Of a stretch of 64,000 nucleotides of DNA, positions 1 to 8,595 are shown piece by piece. Under the pieces are notes generated by a model. That model made no database searches, had not been told where the DNA came from, and worked only from the letters and a program-made list of their open reading frames with translations. Made by a program: the position numbers and the translations under genes. Within the stretch, counting starts at the first letter, position 1, and every line of letters begins with the position of its first letter. Origin of the DNA: a virus (lineage: Duplodnaviria; Caudoviricetes); IMG/VR virus record IMGVR_UViG_3300025320_000152, positions 18,931 through 82,930 of that record; one strand, written 5' to 3'.

Positions 1-323
1 ATCGCGCAGCCGGTCCGGGACGACCAGGCCGACGAGTTGTCCATCCTTAACTACCGGCTCCACTCCCGGCGTTGTGAGAAGACGAAACGTGTTGGTGAGC
101 CGATCGGCATCTTGGCGATCAGATTTGAAGCGCGTCACGACCGCGCCTCCCGATTGTTACTGAACGGCTTGAGGAGTTCCGCCAATTCGGAATCCATGCC
201 ACTCCTTCCCTGGCGCCCCACCGGCCGGCGGAGACTAGACCGGGAGCCGCTTCCCACCTCGACTCCCAGACTGACCACCGCAGGCCATACAACCTGAACG
301 GAACGTCACGTACTAGTACCTGG

Positions 324-381
324 GTGTAGGAGAAGTCAGGTAGCAGATATATGCGCATCTGTTACCTGACTTCTCCTGCAC
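324..381 (+). other. 25-bp inverted repeat / long hairpin
   Basis: GTGTAGGAGAAGTCAGGTAGCAGAT (324-348) pairs with ATCTGTTACCTGACTTCTCCTGCAC (357-381); the two imperfections are G.U pairs on + strand RNA. Confidence 0.8.
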
Positions 382-393
382 GGGACTGACCTG

Positions 394-954
394 CTAGTTC
401 TTAGCCTCTTCAGCCGACTCGATCATGGCCGCCTTGAGCGCGTAGTAGGCCTTCTCCGTCAAGATGCTGACCCACCCGCCCACGTCCCGCTGCCCGTCCT
501 CCGGCAGCGAAGCGCCGTCGAACGCCATCATCGAGACGAACTTCCGGGCGGCCAGATACGCGGCGCGCTTGGCTGCCTGCTCGATGCTGAACTGCGAGAA
601 GAGCTTGGGGGTGCTGACGTACTTGTCGCACCACAGTCCGGCCGCCTTCTCCGCAGCCTTGCGCGCGCACTGGTGCACCGCGTACTGCACATCGATCACG
701 GTCGGATGGTCCTTGACGAGTTCGCAGTACGCCCTACCGAACAGCCCCTGCCAGACCTCGTTACCGCAGATGGTGCCCGGCATGGGCCAGGGCATGTCGT
801 TGATGTGCTCCATGACCACGCTGTCGACGCACGTCCACACGTCTCGATCCCTGACGCCAGTACGGATCAATGCATCGACGAGCTTGGCGTGCTCGTCACA
901 CGCGGCCTTCTTCAGCATCGCGTAGAGCAGCCTCTCGGCCGGAATCCTGTCCAC
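394..954 (-). CDS. hypothetical protein
   Basis: Long ORF with GC-rich third positions; GTG at 954 follows AGGAG (ORF track start is 975). Confidence 0.7.
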   Translation of the reverse strand: MDRIPAERLLYAMLKKAACDEHAKLVDALIRTGVRDRDVWTCVDSVVMEHINDMPWPMPGTICGNEVWQGLFGRAYCELVKDHPTVIDVQYAVHQCARKAAEKAAGLWCDKYVSTPKLFSQFSIEQAAKRAAYLAARKFVSMMAFDGASLPEDGQRDVGGWVSILTEKAYYALKAAMIESAEEAKN

Positions 955-990
955 GATCTCTCCTCTCAAGAGCAAGCGTTCTCGCCCATG

Positions 991-1021
991 AAAAAGGACC
1001 GACCCTGATTCGGGGCCGGCC
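991..1021 (-). terminator. intrinsic terminator
   Basis: Minus-strand GGCCGGCCC/GGGUCGGUC stem followed by UUUUU. Confidence 0.65.
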
Positions 1022-1037
1022 GTGGTGTGCGATGTGT

Positions 1038-1211
1038 TCAGTTCTCGATGATCTCGTAGTCGTGGGCGCCGAGCTGGTTCACGAGCTGTGCGGCATGCTC
1101 CCGCGCAGACTGCTCATCGGCCGCCTCCACCTCGAATTCCCTAGCCTCGGTGTGTTCCTCATACATCCCCTTGTCCACGAACCACTGGAGCGTAACGATC
1201 CAGCGCTTCAT
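1038..1211 (-). CDS. small hypothetical protein (MKRWIVTLQWF...)
   Basis: ATG overlaps the upstream stop (TGATG). Confidence 0.65.
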   Translation of the reverse strand: MKRWIVTLQWFVDKGMYEEHTEAREFEVEAADEQSAREHAAQLVNQLGAHDYEIIEN

Positions 1212-1558
1212 CAGGCCTCCAACAGATCGATGGCCTCTTGGAGGGCCGCACCGATCGGGCAGAATTCGCCGCCGAGGATGCAGCACACCTCGCAGCCCTC
1301 GGAGTGGAGCTCGTACGCCCGCTGGGTCAGCGCATACGCGTCCAGGCCCACGTCGTTGGTCTCGAAGTTTCCTTCGCCGGCGTGATGCGACTCGTAGTGT
1401 GACCCGACGACGGTTGGCAGCGTCAGCAGGTTGTCGTCGTCCTCGACGTCACACAGCCACGGATCCGTACACCCGTCGAAATCACAGCGGAGCTCCACGT
1501 CCGTCTTCTCCGGATCCTCGGCCGCGCGCACTGTGGCGCCGAAATTGATGATCGCCAT
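1211..1558 (-). CDS. hypothetical protein with Cys/His clusters (possible Zn binding)
   Basis: RBS GGGAGAAGG; CxxxxC, HxxxHH and CxxC motifs. Confidence 0.7.
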   Translation of the reverse strand: MAIINFGATVRAAEDPEKTDVELRCDFDGCTDPWLCDVEDDDNLLTLPTVVGSHYESHHAGEGNFETNDVGLDAYALTQRAYELHSEGCEVCCILGGEFCPIGAALQEAIDLLEA

Positions 1559-1567
1559 CCTTCTCCC

Positions 1568-2131
1568 TCACTTGCGGAAGCACTCGAAGTTGAACGTGAC
1601 GTCGTCCGCGCCGTCGTGCACGGCGATGTTGCGGATCGAACTGTCGCTCCACCTGGCCCACTCACGGCCGTTCACCTCGACCGCTTCGCCGCCCATCAGG
1701 ATCGTCGTCGGCAACCACTTGCCGCGAAACTTGGACTCGTAGCTCACCCGGTAGAGCTTCGGCGTCGTCTCGCACGCCTTCGCCGGCGGCGTCTTCAGCA
1801 CTCGCTGCGTGAGCCAGTACAGCCAGTCGTCGGTGAAATTCGGCTGCATGCCGTTGAGCACCATCGTGGTTGTCAGATGGTGCGGTCGGCCGCAGACGTA
1901 CGGATCGTTCACCAGCAACATCGGATCGTCGGAGATCTCTTGGAAGATTCCACTCACCACCACCGTGAGCACCGCGGCATCGAGCACGCCATAGCTCTCG
2001 ATCCGCACCTGCTTTGCGGCCTCGTCGTACTCGGCCGGGATCTGGATGTAGTCGCGCAGGTGCTCCGCGATCCAGCGCATCAGCGATGCATCGTTCCCGA
2101 AGCTCTCCACGCGCTTCTGTGTGATCCCCAT
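1568..2131 (-). CDS. hypothetical protein
   Basis: ATG 2131 after AAGGGGA RBS; tightly packed with neighbours. Confidence 0.7.
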   Translation of the reverse strand: MGITQKRVESFGNDASLMRWIAEHLRDYIQIPAEYDEAAKQVRIESYGVLDAAVLTVVVSGIFQEISDDPMLLVNDPYVCGRPHHLTTTMVLNGMQPNFTDDWLYWLTQRVLKTPPAKACETTPKLYRVSYESKFRGKWLPTTILMGGEAVEVNGREWARWSDSSIRNIAVHDGADDVTFNFECFRK

Positions 2132-2205
2132 GGTTCCCCTTTCGTCGATTCCCGAGCGGACAGGGACAGGCAGCGGACGACAGGCCGCCACCCACCCGGC
2201 CGCGC

Positions 2206-2580
2206 TCAACCGAGGGTGAGCGTGTACAGATCCGTACGCTCGAAGGCGAGCTCCGTAATCTCGTGCCAGCGCTGCTCACCGCAGTCGTCCTCGCGCTCGA
2301 CTATCCACACGCCGATCAGATCGCCGAGCTGAATGCTGCGCGTCCGCCAGTCGTATTCACGCCATAGCGGTCGCAGGCGTGCATCCCAATCGACGCCGGC
2401 GGATATGTCGTTGAGGACTTTCCACACCGCCTCGCACACCTCGCGGTCGAACTCGGCGCGGTCGGTGATGGGCGCCTGCTTGAAGACTGTGTCGAGGTGC
2501 CCGACCGGACGCGATGGGTCGAACTGCGTGTACTCGTGTTGATCCGGCATCTTGTAGAACACGTGGACTTGTAGGCGCAT
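2206..2580 (-). CDS. hypothetical protein
   Basis: ATG 2580 after GAAGGAGG RBS. Confidence 0.7.
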   Translation of the reverse strand: MRLQVHVFYKMPDQHEYTQFDPSRPVGHLDTVFKQAPITDRAEFDREVCEAVWKVLNDISAGVDWDARLRPLWREYDWRTRSIQLGDLIGVWIVEREDDCGEQRWHEITELAFERTDLYTLTLG

Positions 2581-2621
2581 CGATCCTCCTTCGCCGATTT
2601 TTCGCTTCCGTTTTTGGGCAC

Positions 2622-2656
2622 AAAAAATCCCGGCCCGAGCCGAAGCCCGAGCCGGG
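2622..2656 (-). terminator. intrinsic terminator
   Basis: CCCGGCUCGGGC-UUCG-GCUCGGGCCGGG followed by AUUUUUU. Confidence 0.85.
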
Positions 2657-2665
2657 ATATCTCGC

Positions 2666-3292
2666 CTACTGATGTGCGTTGAAGTCCTGCCAGAACCGTA
2701 GCTCCGGTCTCTTGCGCTTGGGAGGATCCGCGAGCGGCACGAACTCCACCTCCCACGTCTCATCGTCGTCCTCGACCGGCGGCGCGATGCGCTCCGGACC
2801 GGCTGCCTCGCGCTCGGCCTCGCGAACTTGGAACGCCGCGTCGAACACCTCACGGCTCCCGTCATCGGGAGTTTCCGGGGCCATGAACGCGGACTTGTAG
2901 TCCGGCACGGTCGCGCCCGGCTTCTTGCTTGTCAGCGCGCGCCGCACGGCGTCCGTAACGCTCACCGGACTGACGTACGCGCGCCCGGCCGGACCGGCGA
3001 GAATCTCGCGCCCGTCCCAAGCACCGCGCCCGCGCGGGTTGTGCACGACGACGAACTCTGCGTCTCCGAGCACATGCCGCTTGGCGCCGTTGATGTAGAC
3101 GTACTGCGTGCGGAACGCCATGCCGCCGTCCCGGATGCTGTCGAAATCCAGCACCTCGACCGACTCGACCTTGAACGGCTCCGCCCCTACCTGGTTCGCG
3201 CGCACGACCAGGCCCATGAAGAGCTCAGCCGCGTCGATGACGGTTACCGTCCCCAGCGCGTACTCACCACGCAGCGGGATCGCGGTGGACAC
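2666..3292 (-). CDS. hypothetical protein
   Basis: GTG 3292 after AAGGG; coding-like codon bias. Confidence 0.7.
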   Translation of the reverse strand: MSTAIPLRGEYALGTVTVIDAAELFMGLVVRANQVGAEPFKVESVEVLDFDSIRDGGMAFRTQYVYINGAKRHVLGDAEFVVVHNPRGRGAWDGREILAGPAGRAYVSPVSVTDAVRRALTSKKPGATVPDYKSAFMAPETPDDGSREVFDAAFQVREAEREAAGPERIAPPVEDDDETWEVEFVPLADPPKRKRPELRFWQDFNAHQ

Positions 3293-3393
3293 AGCGCGTC
3301 CCTTGCGCGGCTTGGCCTTGCCGTGTCTGTTGCGCGAAGGAATTCGGGCGCCCTCGAATGTGGCTGAGGGAACCTTGGTCGTACCCGTATTCC

Positions 3394-3723
3394 TCAAGAC
3401 AGCTCGTCCCCTGCTACGACGCGTACTTCCTCGCCCGGCTTGTAGTCGCGCCGGTTGATGGCCGTGCCTCCATTCGGCAGATCGGCGAGCAGCCACACCT
3501 TCTCGTATACGAACCGCGTGACCATCTCGCCGTTCTCAAGCACCTTGCGCGTGCTGGCGTACACCGTGTCGCCGTACTCGACGAGCTGCGGATCCAACGG
3601 ATACGTGCTGCGGAAAATCTCCGCGTGCGCGGCGGCGTCCAGCAGAACCTCGCGCGGAATCTCGCGCGGCTCCTCTGCGGTGGTGGAAAATACGGCGCGC
3701 TTGTAGACAGAAGTCGTTGCCAT
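3394..3723 (-). CDS. hypothetical protein
   Basis: ATG after GAAGGA RBS. Confidence 0.7.
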   Translation of the reverse strand: MATTSVYKRAVFSTTAEEPREIPREVLLDAAAHAEIFRSTYPLDPQLVEYGDTVYASTRKVLENGEMVTRFVYEKVWLLADLPNGGTAINRRDYKPGEEVRVVAGDELS

Positions 3724-3762
3724 CGTCTCGTTCCTTCGTAGGACGTTTCGATTTTGGGCATG

Positions 3763-3798
3763 AAAAAAGTTCCCTACGGCTCGCCAGCCGTAGGGAAC
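3763..3798 (-). terminator. intrinsic terminator
   Basis: Perfect 12-bp stem GTTCCCTACGGC/GCCGTAGGGAAC plus six U on the minus strand. Confidence 0.85.
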
Positions 3799-3802
3799 AC
3801 GA

Positions 3803-3839
3803 GAGCTAGCCAGACCCCCTAGCGGAGTCTGGCTAGCTC
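3803..3839. other. 13-bp hairpin next to the terminator
   Basis: GAGCTAGCCAGAC/GTCTGGCTAGCTC perfect arms. Confidence 0.75.
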
Positions 3840-3856
3840 AGTGAGCGCGCGCTCTG

Positions 3857-4654
3857 TCAGCCCATGCGCTTGATCTTGGTGCCCCGGTCCAGACCGGACA
3901 GGTTGAACCGGTCACGCCAGTAGGACAGGTTCTCAGCGTTCAGGCCATACGCGTGATCCCACGTGATCACGGTCGGCTTGCCATCCTTGCCCATCGCGGG
4001 CAGTCCGAGCCGCGCGCGCGTTGCGCTGATCTCCTCGGCGGACAGTTCTCGCTCACCCGTGCGGACTTCCGAGATGACGTCGCGCAACTCGTTGTAGAGA
4101 TCTTCGATTTCCTCGGAGCGCTGCTCCGCGCGAGTGATTGCGTCGGCAAGCTCACCCGGCTTGCTCAGCCGCTTGACCTCAGCAGCGATTTCCTCGCCCG
4201 ACTCGATGACTGCCGTCATGGCATCGAACGCGTCCGCCTTGACCGCGCGCGCGACCGAAACCGCGCTCTCCGCGCTCGTGATCGCTTCCGCAGCCTTGTC
4301 ACGCGCGCTCGTGAGCGACTTCTCAACCTTGGGATCCGTGGACGCTGCCAGAGCCTTGACCGCGTCCGCGTGCGCGCTCTTGGCCGCGCTGAGCGCGCTC
4401 TCAGCCGCGCGGAACTCCGTCTTGGCCTTGACCTCGGCAGCGCGCGCCGTGTCGTAAGCGCGCTCGTTGTCCTGCTGACGCGTGATGACCTCCGCGTTAT
4501 CCCGCTCGTACTCGGCGACCTTGACGGACCAATCGTGCTCCGCGCTCCCGATCGCGCGACGGAACTTGCCAAGCGTGTTGCGCCGCATGTAGTCCGCCCG
4601 ATCGAGAGCAACGAGCGGGAACAGCTGAGCAGCGTTAGCGGCCAACTTCGCCAT
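3857..4654 (-). CDS. Ala-rich coiled-coil hypothetical protein
   Basis: 265 aa ORF with helical Ala/Glu/Lys pattern; first gene of the leftward cassette. Confidence 0.75.
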   Translation of the reverse strand: MAKLAANAAQLFPLVALDRADYMRRNTLGKFRRAIGSAEHDWSVKVAEYERDNAEVITRQQDNERAYDTARAAEVKAKTEFRAAESALSAAKSAHADAVKALAASTDPKVEKSLTSARDKAAEAITSAESAVSVARAVKADAFDAMTAVIESGEEIAAEVKRLSKPGELADAITRAEQRSEEIEDLYNELRDVISEVRTGERELSAEEISATRARLGLPAMGKDGKPTVITWDHAYGLNAENLSYWRDRFNLSGLDRGTKIKRMG

Positions 4655-4689
4655 GAGTGCACACTCCGATTTCCGGGAATGAGAATTGA

Positions 4690-4790
4690 ATGGAATTTCC
4701 CGCGTTTTTATTCGCGCGATTTATTCCGCTGAATTTTTCAGCGATTTTTTCTCGCGCGATTTTCTCGCGGAATTCTGCGCGCGGGCACGC
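4690..4790 (-). promoter_or_regulatory. A/T-tract repeats upstream of the leftward cassette
   Basis: Repeated CGCGATTT(T)-like units with T-runs directly upstream of the 4654 start. Confidence 0.4.
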
Positions 4791-4819
4791 GAGCGGCGCG
4801 GGCAGTGCGCCCGGTCGGT

Positions 4820-5540
4820 CCGTGATCATGCCTGCGTGTGTCATAGCTCAATAATCCCAGGTCAGAGGCATGATCACCATATCCCGTGATCATACTGTGA
4901 TGCCTTAGACGCCAATCTGTAGTCTTGATCTTGGTACCTACAAACAGCCATGTAGTCTTTTGATAACCAGTGTGACCAGAGTGGCGACGTACGCAGATGA
5001 TCATCGAGTGGATCATGCAAAGCCGCAGGTCAGAGGCCTTTTGATCTTCGCATAGGTCCGACATGATGTCGGCATATTCGGCCCGACTAATTCTGATATG
5101 CCCGATTTGATATCGGCTTCCCCGTATCAACATGCGGCATGGGTATGCAGGCGGCTCGTATCATTATCCGAAGGTCAGGGGTTGATACGCGCTGCCGCTC
5201 GCGCAAGAGGTGAGGCGTGATCAGCAGCTCTAGTGGATCATCAATCAAGATCACATAGGTACTCAGCGCTGTGACCTGCAAGGACAACGGCACAATGGTA
5301 GCTAGTTGCTACGCCGCACGCCAGGGATCATGGATGCCAGCCCATTCGCAGAGTTCTGATGCAAGGTGGTTGCTGCCAGTACCCCACATTGGTCTAGACC
5401 ATGATTCGATCATCAAACCGACTGGAGGCAGGCTCCATATGTCAATGGCCGTATGGTGCTTGTGTTAATCAGTCATGTGTCCGAGTTATCCGCTTTGCCA
5501 CCATGATAACGGTCATTATCATGGTCAAACCATGATCCAC
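4820..5540. other. lower-GC non-coding region with a GATC(A) cluster and hairpins
   Basis: 13 GATC counted in 4824-5537; palindromes at 5058-5072 and 5501-5524; no convincing ORF. Confidence 0.55.
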
Positions 5541-5935
5541 AAGGCCATGTCAAGGTGTGGATACGTGAGGCCCAGGGGTGGCGCAGAGTAATTAAGACAA
5601 GCACCATACATGTGATGATGTCAATGCCTTGTTGTATCAACCTCTTGACACCCCCCTACCCTTAACGAATGATCTTGCAACCTGCGGGACTGGACATCCG
5701 CGCAACATGGCTCAGTTTAGCACGGAGCCAGTGGCCCCGGGGCTCTGACCTGCGATAATGTTCCGACGCGGTGTCGGGATAACTTCCATGCCCAGCGGCT
5801 CGATGAGTCAATATCTTGCTAACTGGCGGCGCTCGGACGCGCTGGTGTTCCATTTTTGCTCCAATAAAGATCAGTTCGCAGGTTTACACGGCGTAGCTGC
5901 CGCTCGGCGTCGCCGGCGAGCGGCAGACTAGGTGC

Positions 5936-6667
5936 ATGACTGACGTACCCTCAGATGTGATTCAAGGCTGCGTGGCCTTGGGCACCATCGGACTTGCCAC
6001 CGCAACGTTCAGCACCGTGCGCGCACAGCGACGCAGCAACCTCGATGCGACAGCGCCGCGCATCCTGGTCACCCAGTTCGCTGTCCAGGAGCAGCCCCGC
6101 GCGGGCTCGCCTGCCGCGCCGTCCACACAGCCGGTGAGCCCCGGCACTAGTTGGGATATGACACAACACGGAGCGACGGTCATGGGCGTATGGGCCGACG
6201 GGCAGATGCGGAACGAGGGATCTTCGACGGCTCTGGTTGCCATCGCGGGCGACGACGTCGGGCTCGATAAGGTCTGGGCCGAGGCGCCCGATCCGCAGGA
6301 CAGCAGCCAGTTCGGGTACCCACTTCCTCAGCAGGGCGGACTGTATCTCCTGGCTCCGGGCGAGGAAGCCGTCTTCACAGTCCACTGGTGGCGGCCGTCG
6401 CACGACTGGATCTCGTCCCCCGAGGGTCAGACTCCGACGACCTCCTTGACGATTGCGGTTCGCGGCGCGGTGGAAGGCGGCCCGGTGGACACATGTGTGC
6501 TCCGCTTCGGCGCGCTGCCGTTCGTTCGGCAGCCGGGGAGGGACGGGTGGATGATCGCCAATGGGAACCCTGCTGCAAGCGCGCCGTCCAAGCCTGAGAC
6601 CGCTCCTGTAGCCGAGATCGGCCTAATCCGCCGGGCTTACCCAAGGGGGCGCCTGTTCAGGCGTTAG
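5936..6667 (+). CDS. hypothetical protein with an N-terminal transmembrane segment
   Basis: Hydrophobic stretch GCVALGTIGLATATF; isolated gene followed by a hairpin. Confidence 0.7.
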   Translation: MTDVPSDVIQGCVALGTIGLATATFSTVRAQRRSNLDATAPRILVTQFAVQEQPRAGSPAAPSTQPVSPGTSWDMTQHGATVMGVWADGQMRNEGSSTALVAIAGDDVGLDKVWAEAPDPQDSSQFGYPLPQQGGLYLLAPGEEAVFTVHWWRPSHDWISSPEGQTPTTSLTIAVRGAVEGGPVDTCVLRFGALPFVRQPGRDGWMIANGNPAASAPSKPETAPVAEIGLIRRAYPRGRLFRR

Positions 6668-6702
6668 CTGGCACTCCGACTCAGGTAGACAGATGGGAAT
6701 GG

Positions 6703-6739
6703 CAGAGAGCCCCGGGGTCATAACTCCCGGGGCTCTCTG
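6703..6739. terminator. terminator-like hairpin between convergent genes
   Basis: Perfect 14-bp stem CAGAGAGCCCCGGG/CCCGGGGCTCTCTG; no long U-tract. Confidence 0.7.
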
Positions 6740-6850
6740 TGTGCTGTAGCCGACGCAACAGCTGCAGCGCCATGTCCAACTTCAGATAGGCCGCTCCACC
6801 GAGCCGGTCTGAGATCGACGCTATTCTCATCGACTTCTCATGTGTGAGCG

Positions 6851-7717
6851 TTAACGTCGGGCCTTTGGGTCAGGCAGCTGCCACTCGCCGCTGGTTAACG
6901 CCTGCCAGGTCTCCTTCGCCGTCCGCCGCGCGTCCCTACCGCGCTGGGTGGGGACGAATAGTCCAGAGAGAGGTTCGTCGGCCGACCGGACCGTCATGAG
7001 CGTGAACGGCTCAGGCGCGTCGATCTTGGCGGTAAGGGGCACTAGCCGCATTCGTACAACAGTTCGACCAACCATCTTCTCGCGGATCTCGGCAAACGGG
7101 ACGCTGCGGCCGATGATTCCGGGGACATTGCGTGTCGTGTGCCGCAGGCGGTCCCACATCTCGGCGAGGATCGGATCGCCGGTCTCGGCGCGCATGGTGT
7201 TGATCTGCTGGAGCATCGGAAGGGCCCAGCGCTCGTGCCAGTCGAGCAGCTCCACGCGCGCCGCCTCGGCTGTCAGCGTCCACTCTGCGGCGTTGGCGCC
7301 GGGGCCGAGAGCCGGGAACCACTCCAGGAACAAGCGGTTGGCCGCGAGGACGTTCCAGTACCGGTCGTGGACGTAGGCCGCGATGGTCATGTGCGCGCAG
7401 CTCGCGATGAGGTCCTCTGGCGTGCGATAGGGGCCGGGAAGCGCGGGTGGCTCGTGGCCGCGCATCAGCACGAACAGGCTGCGGCGCTCCCCGGGGGACA
7501 TCTCCAGCACCTCGGCGAGCTTGTCGAGTGTCTCGATCGGCGCCTGGGGCTGCACCAAGCCGGCCTCGTACTTCTTGTAGGTGTTGACGTGCACGCCGAT
7601 GGCGTCTGCGACGGCCTCCTGGGTGTACTTGGCTGGGCCGGGAGGGCGGAGCCGGGTGCGGCACGTGAGGACCAGATTCGCCAAGTCGATGTTGAACTCG
7701 GCGTCCTGACGTGCCAT
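6851..7717 (-). CDS. XRE-family HTH regulator with MmyB-like (PAS-like) ligand-binding domain
   Basis: HTH TQEAVADAIGVHVNTYKKYEAG; AAYVHDRYWNVLAAN...DWHERWA resembles the MmyB ligand-binding domain. Confidence 0.8.
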   Translation of the reverse strand: MARQDAEFNIDLANLVLTCRTRLRPPGPAKYTQEAVADAIGVHVNTYKKYEAGLVQPQAPIETLDKLAEVLEMSPGERRSLFVLMRGHEPPALPGPYRTPEDLIASCAHMTIAAYVHDRYWNVLAANRLFLEWFPALGPGANAAEWTLTAEAARVELLDWHERWALPMLQQINTMRAETGDPILAEMWDRLRHTTRNVPGIIGRSVPFAEIREKMVGRTVVRMRLVPLTAKIDAPEPFTLMTVRSADEPLSGLFVPTQRGRDARRTAKETWQALTSGEWQLPDPKARR

Positions 7718-7900
7718 GCAGCCTCCTAGGTAAGGCCGGTCTAGACCACGACGCTAGCATCTACGCGATCTGATGACAGAGGGGTTTAAGGGGCCCATGT
7801 AAAGGGGCCGTAAAAATACACACCGTGGGTGTCTGGTCACTGCGGTGCTGGTGAAGAGATCCTCGTTAAAGTCAAGTACTCCTTAAGGGGGAATAAAGCT

Positions 7901-8035
7901 GTGGGCGAGGAAGACGAGGGCGGGACAGTCGAGGAGATCCTGGAGGCGTTGGCGCGCTTGGTGGAGCGCGGCGAGGTCGTCGTCCGGGGTGCCTTGACGG
8001 CATCGCCACGCCAGGTGGAGGTGGAGATCCAGTAG
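7901..8035 (+). CDS. small acidic hypothetical protein
   Basis: GTG after AAGGGGG; short. Confidence 0.35.
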   Translation: MGEEDEGGTVEEILEALARLVERGEVVVRGALTASPRQVEVEIQ

Positions 8036-8115
8036 ATGGGTTCGTAATGCACGACGTCTACCTCTGATCGGATATAGCTGCTACCTTTAACCCAACCGAG
8101 CAGGTTGGAGCTGAG

Positions 8116-8595
8116 ATGACTCTCCCCACGTGTCAGCGGGACACTCCGGGCAGGGAGCGCACGCGATGCGGCCTCCCTGCCCGGGAGCAGCCTTACTACG
8201 TAGTGCTGCCAGCTCGCAGGGGCTCAGACGGCATCGTCCTCGACAAGGGCGGCCCACTTGAGCTCACTCTGTGCGCCGGCTGCGTCGAAGAACTGTTCGC
8301 ATCCCTCGATCCCTTTATCGCGAACGCCGAGAAGGCGCCGCTGCGCCAGACCCTCGACGTCGAGGACAGATTCGGCCAGCCGTGGTCGGCTGAGATGCTC
8401 CGGGCGTTGGCAAAGGCCGTCGCAGGTCTCGATGTTCCCGAGAAGGGGCGGCTGGAAGCAGTTTTGGAAGCGCAACTGCTTACCATGGTCGACACGGACC
8501 CGGAGCTCCACGCGAAGATCAAGCGGGAGCTTGCTGGGATCCGGCTGGAGAAACGCTCCCGCGCGGAGGGCAAGCGGAAGCAAGCCGCATCGTGA
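8116..8595 (+). CDS. Lsr2-like nucleoid-associated protein
   Basis: LELTLCAGCVEELFASLDPFIANAEK resembles the Lsr2 dimerisation domain; LRALAKAVAGLDVPEKGRL resembles the Lsr2 DNA-binding RGR motif. Confidence 0.55.
   Translation: MTLPTCQRDTPGRERTRCGLPAREQPYYVVLPARRGSDGIVLDKGGPLELTLCAGCVEELFASLDPFIANAEKAPLRQTLDVEDRFGQPWSAEMLRALAKAVAGLDVPEKGRLEAVLEAQLLTMVDTDPELHAKIKRELAGIRLEKRSRAEGKRKQAAS

Noticed and set aside
5087-5853. Short ORFs in the lower-GC region
   Set aside because: No clear RBS or codon bias.
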